Shown here in pieces: positions 1-5,253 of a stretch of 7,199 bases of DNA. The stretch covers positions 1 through 7,199 of the forward strand of contig PEXK01000043.1 in NCBI GenBank assembly GCA_002779075.1, in the 5' to 3' direction. The DNA comes from Candidatus Diapherotrites archaeon CG08_land_8_20_14_0_20_30_16 (GTDB lineage: Archaea; Iainarchaeota; Iainarchaeia; Iainarchaeales; 0-14-0-20-30-16). Both the position numbers and the translations under genes were made by a program. Position 1 is the stretch's first letter. Each line of letters begins with the position of its first letter. The notes under the pieces were generated by a model. It was not told the DNA's origin, made no database searches, and was given only the letters and a program-made list of their open reading frames with translations.

Positions 1-723
1 AAATATTTTAATATATATTTATTAACTGGAGGATTTCCAGAAACAATTAATGATTATATTAAAAATTTGAAAACAGGAGCTGCAAAAATAAATTCAACAT
101 ATTATGAAGATATTATTGAAAAAATATTTGAAAAGATGAATAAGAAAATTTCGATTGATATATTAAAGGTAATAGTTGATTCTATAACAAATACATTAAA
201 ATATAGCACAATAAAAAACAAAACCAAATATTCTGAAAAGACAATAAAATGGTATTTGAATGAAATGTCTGAATTGATGTTATTATTTGAAATTAAAGAA
301 AAGCAATCAAACAAATTAAAAAAATTTTACATAAAAGATCCATTTATTATGCATTCAATAAGAACTTATTATACTAGTACAAATTATTTTGAAGATAGTT
401 TTAATACAATTATGGATGAGCGAGAAAAAGGAATATTTGTTGAAAATTGTGTGGCGGGACACTTGCATAATTTATATAATTGGAATTTAGAATTTTATAG
501 AGATGAGAAACAAAAAGAGGTTGATTTTATTGTTAATAAAACAGCAATAGAAGTGAAATATCGTACAAAAATAGAAATGCCTACTTTAATTAAAGGTGTA
601 GAGGAATATATTTTGTTAACTAGATTTCCAGTTGGGCTTGCAGATTTGCAAATTAATAATAGGCTTGCAATACCTTCATGTGTATTTTTGGCGATGTTGC
701 AAAAACCATTAAATTTTTTATAA
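1..723 (+). CDS. AAA+ ATPase of the COG1373 type, C-terminal portion (DUF4143-like region); the 5' end lies outside the window
   Basis: Frame 1 is open from base 1 (KYFNIYLLTGGFPETINDYIKN...), so the TTG at 67 in the ORF track is not the true start. LLTGGFPE, KFYIKDPFI and the C-terminal EVDFIV...AIEVKY (PD-(D/E)xK-like) pattern are typical of AAA_14/DUF4143 ATPases. Stop is TAA at 721-723. Confidence 0.75.
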   Translation, partial: KYFNIYLLTGGFPETINDYIKNLKTGAAKINSTYYEDIIEKIFEKMNKKISIDILKVIVDSITNTLKYSTIKNKTKYSEKTIKWYLNEMSELMLLFEIKEKQSNKLKKFYIKDPFIMHSIRTYYTSTNYFEDSFNTIMDEREKGIFVENCVAGHLHNLYNWNLEFYRDEKQKEVDFIVNKTAIEVKYRTKIEMPTLIKGVEEYILLTRFPVGLADLQINNRLAIPSCVFLAMLQKPLNFL

Positions 724-741
724 TATTTGTAATTTTTTGAT

Positions 742-760
742 AATGATTCCGTATCATTTT
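742..760. terminator. Small hairpin plus T-run between convergent genes; possible bidirectional terminator
   Basis: AATGAT (742-747), loop tccgt, ATCATT (753-758) form a 6-bp stem, followed by TT and flanked by T/A runs (TTTTTT at 733-738). It lies between the ATPase stop (723) and the HepT stop (775). Confidence 0.3.
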
Positions 761-774
761 AAAATTAAAAAAAA

Positions 775-1101
775 TTACTTTTTTAACAGTTTAACTATCT
801 TATTTTTTAATTCAGGAATATCTTTAGTAACTGTTTGCCAAACTAGTTCATAATCTATACCAAAATAAAAATGTGCAACCCGATCCCTCATCCCTGCAAT
901 ATCTTTCCAAGGAACATCTTTATGCTTGTTTTTAAATTCGACAGGTAGATTTTTTACAGCTTCACCAATAATTTCTAACAACTGCATCATTAATTAATTC
1001 TTCTTTGAGAAAACTAGATAAGTCTAAACCTTTAGTATATTTTTTGATTTTCTCGATTGAATCAAGAATGTGTTGTAAAAAATTTTAGAATCCTTTTTCA
1101 T
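775..1101 (-). pseudogene. hepT: HepT (DUF86) toxin of an MNT/HepT pair; reading frame disrupted by two frame changes
   Basis: The C-terminal ORF 775-990 carries LEIIGEAVKNLP and the RX4HXY motif (GMRDRVAHFYFGIDYELVW). The N-terminal ATG at 1101-1099 gives MKKDSKIF and then hits a stop. The expected N-terminal HepT sequence LQHILDSIEKIKKYTKGLDLSSFLKEELINDAVVRN is present in the -1 frame between about 1078 and 968. The ATG overlaps the upstream MNT stop (ATATGA), as in typical TA operons. Confidence 0.75.
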
Positions 1102-1338
1102 ATGGCCACCAAATCTTGCAAAATCTGTTTCTTAAGTCTTGGATTAATGCTCCTGAGGGAAATCAAATCTACCGGAATGCCTATTTTTTTCTCTATTTTG
1201 TTTACAACTCTACTTAAATCTAAAAGTGAAAAACAATTCAAAGGTTTAAATAGATCCAAAATTAAGACCTATTTGGTTCAAAATCCTTTGGGTAGAGATG
1301 ATGCTTTGCCATTGATTGCTTTGGGTTTTCTGAAAGTA
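1098..1338 (-). pseudogene. mntA: MNT-type nucleotidyltransferase antitoxin remnant with the catalytic core missing
   Basis: Frame ending with TGA at 1100-1098 reads VLILDLFKPLNCFSLLDLSRVVNKIEKKIGIPVDLISLRSINPRLKKQILQDLVAI, a typical MNT C-terminal half. A different frame upstream reads ...STQRILNQIGLNFGSI then a stop, containing the GS of the GSx10DxD motif. The roughly 20 residues that should separate GS from the SLLDL region, including DxD, are absent. No full-length ORF exists. Confidence 0.5.
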
Positions 1339-1360
1339 TAATTAAAAAGTCTACCGAAAT

Positions 1361-1372
1361 CTATTTATATAG
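1361..1372. promoter_or_regulatory. Possible bidirectional TATA box between the MNT/HepT locus and the membrane-protein operon
   Basis: CTATTTATATAG reads TTTATATA on the plus strand, 18-27 nt upstream of the ATGs at 1389 and 1398. It reads TATATAAA on the minus strand, upstream of the MNT remnant. Confidence 0.35.
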
Positions 1373-1388
1373 AAAAGTATTATGTTTT

Positions 1389-1781
1389 ATGATTCCTATG
1401 TATGATTTAGTATTGCTTTCTATTTTTTCTGGATTTTTTTCAGATATGTCATTTATATTGAAAATCTTTCTGCTTGTTGCTGTCTTAGGCTTTTTGAACC
1501 AGCATATTGAAAATAAAACATTGAAAGTAATAGTTGCTATTTTCATGGTTTATATTGTTATTTTCGTTGATTGGGCTACTTTCGGCTGGATGTATTTGAT
1601 TTATGCTGTTTTAGGCTTAGGAATATCAAGTATATTTGTTGATTTCTTCTTTATTACTAATATGAATCCAGAAGAAAGAGGTGGCGGACATCAAGGAATG
1701 ATGCCTGGAATGGGCGGTATGCAAGGAATGGAACCTGAAATGGAACATATACAGTATGAACATCAACCAAGAGGGAGATAA
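1389..1781 (+). CDS. Small membrane protein P1 (130 aa, about 4 TM helices) with a Met/Gly/His-rich C-terminal tail; unknown function
   Basis: Hydrophobic segments: YDLVLLSIFSGFF, FILKIFLLVAVLGFL, LKVIVAIFMVYIVIFV, WMYLIYAVLGLGISSIFVDFFFI. Tail: ERGGGHQGMMPGMGGMQGMEPEMEHIQYEHQPRGR. An in-frame alternative start is at 1398. The stop TAA at 1779-1781 overlaps the next ATG (TAATG). Confidence 0.7.
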   Translation: MIPMYDLVLLSIFSGFFSDMSFILKIFLLVAVLGFLNQHIENKTLKVIVAIFMVYIVIFVDWATFGWMYLIYAVLGLGISSIFVDFFFITNMNPEERGGGHQGMMPGMGGMQGMEPEMEHIQYEHQPRGR

Positions 1782-2158
1782 TGTTTAATTTAAACCAAAG
1801 AGGAATAGGTGTTGTTGCAGTAATGGGTCTTGCATTTCTTTTCTTTTTAGTTCTACCTATAATTCTTTTCAAATTAAATGGAATGAGCAAGGTCCTTTTC
1901 CAGATTATTATGGTATTCACTATAATTGGATATGTAAAACAGATGGGTTTAGATGGCGCATTAATGTGGATTGTTTCGGGAATTTTGGTATATTTCATAG
2001 TATGGAAGTATATTTATTTGTTTTCTAGTTTATATTTATTGATGCTTCTGATGGGTTTTGGCTTTACATCAGCAATTATGTGGGGATCAAACACTTTGAG
2101 AAGCAAAATCGGTGGCTGGTCTGAGAGTTGGAAACAGAGAAAAGCTATGGTGAAGTGA
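1781..2158 (+). CDS. Small membrane protein P2 (125 aa, about 4 TM helices); unknown function
   Basis: ATG at 1781 is preceded by GAGGGAG at -10 to -4. Hydrophobic segments: GIGVVAVMGLAFLFFLVLPIILF, VLFQIIMVFTIIGYV, ALMWIVSGILVYFIVW, YLFSSLYLLMLLMGFGFTSAIMW. The C-terminus is basic. The stop is TGA, immediately followed by TAA. Confidence 0.7.
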   Translation: MFNLNQRGIGVVAVMGLAFLFFLVLPIILFKLNGMSKVLFQIIMVFTIIGYVKQMGLDGALMWIVSGILVYFIVWKYIYLFSSLYLLMLLMGFGFTSAIMWGSNTLRSKIGGWSESWKQRKAMVK

Positions 2159-2163
2159 TAAAT

Positions 2164-2406
2164 ATGATGCCTTTAATGCTTGATATTGTTTTGGGTACAC
2201 CAAAAGGCGATATCTGGCTTGCTCTTTTGCTCTTTCTGGCAGTAGTGACTTTTGCATGGGCTAAAGGGAAATTAGGGGATGCTTATACGGCAATAGCTTT
2301 TGTTTTGATTTTGGGTCTGGTTTTCATAAGCCACACTGAGTTTGTATGGGTTGTAGTGGGTGTATGGTTGCTGAAGGAATATGGCCTGAAGATGTTTAAG
2401 GTGTAA
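2164..2406 (+). CDS. Small membrane protein P3 (80 aa, about 3 TM helices); unknown function
   Basis: I prefer the ATG at 2164 (MMPLMLDIV...) over the TTG at 2128 in the track. GGTGA/GTGAT motifs lie 5-10 nt upstream, and 2128 would overlap P2 by 31 nt. Hydrophobic segments: IWLALLLFLAVVTFAWA, AYTAIAFVLILGLVFI, FVWVVVGVWLL. Confidence 0.65.
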   Translation: MMPLMLDIVLGTPKGDIWLALLLFLAVVTFAWAKGKLGDAYTAIAFVLILGLVFISHTEFVWVVVGVWLLKEYGLKMFKV

Positions 2407-2408
2407 AT

Positions 2409-2732
2409 ATGGATTTGTTTACCTTTGCTATATCCCTTTTGGTTATGCTTATAGCTATGCAGTATGGCTATTTTTGGATAGTTGTTGTTATAGGGGCTAT
2501 TCTTATTTTTATGGGCAAATCAAAGCATATATTTATAATAGTTATTGCTCTAATTATCTTATTGTTTCTTATTAGGGGTACACCCTATGAAGGGTACAAT
2601 GTTTATTGCGTTGCTTTAGGTATAGGAGCATTTTTGTTGATGAATAAGGAGGAAGCTGCAGATACCTATAATCCAGAAGACCAATATGGTGATTTACTGA
2701 AGGGTTTAGGTGGAGGCTCGGGTGGAATCTAA
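2409..2732 (+). CDS. Small membrane protein P4 (107 aa, about 4 TM helices) with an acidic then Gly-rich tail; unknown function
   Basis: ATG at 2409 lies 2 nt after the P3 stop and is preceded by AAGGTG (GGTG at -9 to -6). Hydrophobic segments: LFTFAISLLVMLIAM, YFWIVVVIGAILIFM, HIFIIVIALIILLFLI, VYCVALGIGAFLLM. Tail: NKEEAADTYNPEDQYGDLLKGLGGGSGGI. Confidence 0.7.
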   Translation: MDLFTFAISLLVMLIAMQYGYFWIVVVIGAILIFMGKSKHIFIIVIALIILLFLIRGTPYEGYNVYCVALGIGAFLLMNKEEAADTYNPEDQYGDLLKGLGGGSGGI

Positions 2733-2733
2733 A

Positions 2734-3078
2734 ATGAAATATCTTTTTTTAGTTATAGGGGTAGTTTTGACTTTGGGAGCAATGGTAAACTCAAGCTTAT
2801 TTTATCTAGGATTAGTAGTAATGGGTTTGTCTTTTGTTTTCACAACTACAAGTGAGAAGTCTGTTGCTAAGATTGAAGAACGCAAGTCTTTAATCGATAG
2901 ATTAGACAAGATCAATTTCAATATGCCTGATAATGCTTTATCTAACATTGTTGGTGACGTTATGGCTGTCACTGCAAAAATGAGCAAAGGGGAAAAAGCA
3001 GATTTAAGTGCAAAGAACCTAGTTGCAGGCACAGTAAGTACAATAAACAGTGTAACCGGTGTATTGAAGAATAAATAA
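2734..3078 (+). CDS. Membrane-anchored protein P5 (114 aa): N-terminal 2-TM hairpin plus a soluble helical domain of about 70 aa; unknown function
   Basis: I prefer the ATG at 2734 (MKYLFLVIGVV...) over the GTG at 2710. It lies 1 nt after the P4 stop with GGTGG at -13 to -9. TM segments: YLFLVIGVVLTLGAMV and LFYLGLVVMGLSFVF. The rest is polar: SEKSVAKIEERKSLIDRLDKINF...KGEKADLSAKNLVAGTVSTINSVTGVLKNK. Confidence 0.65.
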   Translation: MKYLFLVIGVVLTLGAMVNSSLFYLGLVVMGLSFVFTTTSEKSVAKIEERKSLIDRLDKINFNMPDNALSNIVGDVMAVTAKMSKGEKADLSAKNLVAGTVSTINSVTGVLKNK

Positions 3079-3160
3079 TCTGTGTGAATGAATCTTAAGT
3101 TTAAAAGCCTTATTCTAATTTTGTTCAAAAAAGCAATATTAAAGCAAATGATTAAATAAA

Positions 3161-3168
3161 TTTAAATA
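3161..3168 (+). promoter_or_regulatory. TATA-box-like element upstream of vapB
   Basis: TTTAAATA is centred about 27 nt upstream of the vapB ATG (3192). This spacing fits an archaeal leaderless or short-leader transcript. Confidence 0.4.
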
Positions 3169-3173
3169 TATAT

Positions 3174-3183
3174 CTGTATACAG
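3174..3183. promoter_or_regulatory. Perfect 10-bp palindrome between the TATA box and the vapB start; candidate VapB(C) operator
   Basis: CTGTATACAG is its own reverse complement. It sits 9 nt upstream of the vapB ATG, immediately downstream of the TATA-like box. Confidence 0.35.
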
Positions 3184-3191
3184 TATATAGT

Positions 3192-3416
3192 ATGAGAACT
3201 ATAATGATTAAAGATGAAGTATACAATATGTTGGCTTCAATTAAAGAAGACAAAAGTTTTTCTGAAACAATAAACTCTTTGATTAAAAAAAATACTGATA
3301 TTAGAAAGGCAAACTTAATAAAATTATATGGTATTATAGATGAAAAAAAAGCTAATGAAATGATGGTTAGTATAAAAGAGGTTAGAAGTAATGCAAGGGC
3401 CAATACTTTTGGATAG
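3192..3416 (+). CDS. vapB: VapB-type antitoxin (archaeal PF02697/UPF0330-like)
   Basis: MRTIMIKDEVYNMLASIKEDKSFSETINSLIKK matches the archaeal antitoxin pattern (I.I.DEVY..L...K...ESFS..I..L). The product is 74 aa. The gene overlaps a downstream PIN gene by 26 nt. Confidence 0.75.
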   Translation: MRTIMIKDEVYNMLASIKEDKSFSETINSLIKKNTDIRKANLIKLYGIIDEKKANEMMVSIKEVRSNARANTFG

Positions 3417-3816
3417 TTCTATAATTATTTCTTTTTTGAAAAAAGCAATTCCCAAAGAATTAATTTTAGATTCTATAGGTTTGTATGTTTCTTCAATCTC
3501 TGTTTTTGAAACTGCTTATGGTGAACTGTTTTTAGAGGCAAAGGGACAAAAATCTTTGATGAAAGAATTATATTCTTTTTTTGACAATGTAAATGTGATT
3601 GCTATAGATTTTATTCAAGCACAAAAGGCCTCTGAATTAAAAGCGGTATTGAAGGTTAAAGGAATTAGTATAAATGATTTTGATTTGTTTATTTTAGCTT
3701 TGGGTATTACTAAAAATGTACCAATATACACTTTGGATTCTGATTTTGAATTAGCAAAAGATGTTTTGGAATTAATTTATAATTATGATAAAATAGTTCT
3801 TGTAAAACAGGAATAA
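3391..3816 (+). CDS. vapC: PIN-domain ribonuclease toxin VapC
   Basis: Four PIN acidic positions are visible: LLDSS (D8), SVFETAYGE, NDFDLFILALG, YTLDSDF. GAGGT lies at -13 to -9 before the ATG at 3391. The product is 141 aa. Confidence 0.85.
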   Translation: MQGPILLDSSIIISFLKKAIPKELILDSIGLYVSSISVFETAYGELFLEAKGQKSLMKELYSFFDNVNVIAIDFIQAQKASELKAVLKVKGISINDFDLFILALGITKNVPIYTLDSDFELAKDVLELIYNYDKIVLVKQE

Positions 3817-3821
3817 CTTTT

Positions 3822-5072
3822 TTAATTAATCTTACTTAATCTAATAACAGCATCAGCTAATTTTTTTGAATCGTGTCTATTTGGATTCTTTTCATTAATT
3901 AGATCTTCTTTTATAAATTTTGTACTGTCTTTTACTGCTGGTTCAACAAAGTATTTCTTTTCTTCCAAACATTTCTTTAATTGCTCTTTACTGGGTTGCT
4001 TTGTGTTAAAAAGCACAAAATCTAAATCTATGAATTTTTCAATCCATTCTAAATAATTTTCTGCTTTGAAACCATGGGTCTCAGGATAATTAGTCATTAC
4101 ATTACATACATAGATCTTTTTTGCTTTGCTCTTTTTGATTTCGTTGCACAATTCAGGCACAAGCAGGTTTGGTAAAACACTTGTAAATAAATCTCCAGGA
4201 CCAATAACAATTGCATCTGCATCTTTAATAGCTTCTTTGGCCTCTGGGTTTAGTTTGGGTTTTGTTGATAGTCCTAATTCTTTTATCCCTAAACCAAATT
4301 TGCCTATATTGTCTTCGCCAATAATCATTTTATCATCTTTTAGTTTTGCAACAAGCTCGCACTTATCAAAAGTTACAGGCAAGACCCGCCCCCTAATTCT
4401 TAGAAGATCAGAGAATTGGTTACAAGCTTCTTTTGTGCCGAGGTCTTGATCCAATCTTGCTAGAATCAAGTTTCCAATAGTATGCCCCTTTAATGATGAT
4501 TTCGTATCGAACCTCAATGTAAAAATTTTCTTTTGCTTGTCATTAAGTGTTGAAAGGCTGATAATTGCATTTCTCAAATCTCCTGGTGGCAAGACACCAA
4601 ATTCTGTTTTGAGTAACTGTGATGAACCACCAGAATCCATTGTGCTGATTATTGCAGATATGTTTGATGTATATTCTTTTAATCCTGTTAAAATAGTATA
4701 CTGGCCAGTTCCTCCGCCAAGGGTAACTATTTTCTTAGCTTTTGAAAGCTTTGTTTCCACATACACATTTTCAAAAAGGCTATCATTACAGCCAGAGAAG
4801 AATTTGTAGATTTTATATGCTGAATAAATTATTGCTAATCCGCCAATAACAAAGATTATGCTTGCTATAATTGTATGAAGGGAGGTATCAAAACTAAACA
4901 ACCGCGATACTCTTGTGCTTAAGAAAGTCATTACCCTTGACAAATAAGGATAAAGCCCCAAGAAAAGTGCAATAAATAATCCTATTATTCCTAAGATAAA
5001 AATTACTAGCCATATTTTCAGGTTTGATGTCAAAAAAACAGCTTTTTTTGCTTTCTCAGATAAAGAAGTCAT
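3822..5072 (-). CDS. YvcK/CofD-family (UPF0052, PF01933-like) protein with an N-terminal two-helix membrane anchor
   Basis: KIVTLGGGTGQYTILTGLKEYTSNISAIISTMDSGGSSQLLKTEFGVLPPGDLRNAIISLS matches the YvcK signature (GGGTG ... DDGGSSG ... PPGDxRN). The N-terminus has IWLVIFILGIIGLFIALFLGLY and TIIASIIFVIGGLAIIYSAY. I prefer the ATG at 5072 (MTSLSEKAKK...), with a minus-strand TTTAAATA about 23 nt upstream. The track start at 5129 is a TTG and remains possible, because an AAATTTAAAG box lies at about 5163-5172. Confidence 0.8.
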   Translation of the reverse strand: MTSLSEKAKKAVFLTSNLKIWLVIFILGIIGLFIALFLGLYPYLSRVMTFLSTRVSRLFSFDTSLHTIIASIIFVIGGLAIIYSAYKIYKFFSGCNDSLFENVYVETKLSKAKKIVTLGGGTGQYTILTGLKEYTSNISAIISTMDSGGSSQLLKTEFGVLPPGDLRNAIISLSTLNDKQKKIFTLRFDTKSSLKGHTIGNLILARLDQDLGTKEACNQFSDLLRIRGRVLPVTFDKCELVAKLKDDKMIIGEDNIGKFGLGIKELGLSTKPKLNPEAKEAIKDADAIVIGPGDLFTSVLPNLLVPELCNEIKKSKAKKIYVCNVMTNYPETHGFKAENYLEWIEKFIDLDFVLFNTKQPSKEQLKKCLEEKKYFVEPAVKDSTKFIKEDLINEKNPNRHDSKKLADAVIRLSKIN

Positions 5073-5091
5073 AAATATAAAAGAAAAAAGA

Positions 5092-5099
5092 TATTTAAA
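5092..5099 (-). promoter_or_regulatory. TATA-box-like element upstream of the ATG at 5072
   Basis: The minus strand reads TTTAAATA, centred about 23 nt upstream of the ATG at 5072. Confidence 0.3.
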
Positions 5100-5253
5100 T
5101 ATAGATAGTATATTTTTATAATTGAACAAATGCTAGGTCATCAACAATAAGATCTAGAAAAGCTTTAAATTTGGCTAGACTGAGAACAGAAGAAATACAA
5201 GAACAAGCAAGAAAAAAAGCAAACCCAAAGTTAAGATGATCTATTGGCCAAAA

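Noticed and set aside
102-314. 70-aa minus-strand ORF inside the ATPase gene
   Set aside because: It is antisense to a well-supported CDS. Its Ile/Phe/Asn/Ser-rich sequence is typical of AT-rich antisense frames.
1057-1341. 94-aa plus-strand ORF from the track
   Set aside because: It lies exactly antisense to the MNT remnant and the HepT N-terminal region, which have clear family-like sequence on the minus strand. Its own sequence has no recognisable motif, RBS or promoter. I treat it as a shadow ORF.
1361-1998. Minus-strand ORFs 1361-1546 and 1657-1998
   Set aside because: They are antisense to P1 and P2, which have SD motifs, translational coupling and coherent TM architecture. The antisense ORFs lack start signals.
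2128-2163. Longer N-terminal extensions from non-ATG starts in the track (TTG 2128, GTG 2710, GTG 5357, TTG 67)
   Set aside because: In each case a downstream ATG has a better-placed SD-like motif or promoter, or avoids a long overlap with the preceding gene. For 67, the frame is simply open to the window edge. TTG 5129 for the YvcK-like gene is kept as a live alternative.
2161-2400. Elevated GC content of the membrane operon as evidence of horizontal transfer
   Set aside because: Hand counts of four 60-nt lines here give 37-45 percent GC, against 17-22 percent in parts of the ATPase and vapC genes. Lines inside the YvcK-like and DRG genes also reach 38-40 percent. The difference is therefore explained by amino-acid composition (Gly/Ala/Leu/Val) and is not diagnostic.
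1389-3078. Small subunits of an Mrp/Mnh antiporter or Mbh-type complex (E, F, G, B, C-like)
   Set aside because: The size range is similar. However, I see no MnhG-like or NuoK/MnhC-like signatures, such as conserved membrane-embedded acidic residues. No large antiporter-like subunit (MnhA/D) is adjacent. This needs profile searches to exclude formally.
2802-3403. Minus-strand ORFs 2802-3128 and 3152-3403 (the latter very hydrophobic)
   Set aside because: They are antisense to P5 and to vapB. The hydrophobicity is explained by T-rich antisense codons. vapB has a family-like sequence and a proper promoter geometry.
4126-4809. Plus-strand ORFs 4126-4449 and 4537-4809
   Set aside because: They are antisense to the strongly supported YvcK-family CDS. 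Their Ser/Pro-rich sequences have no motifs.
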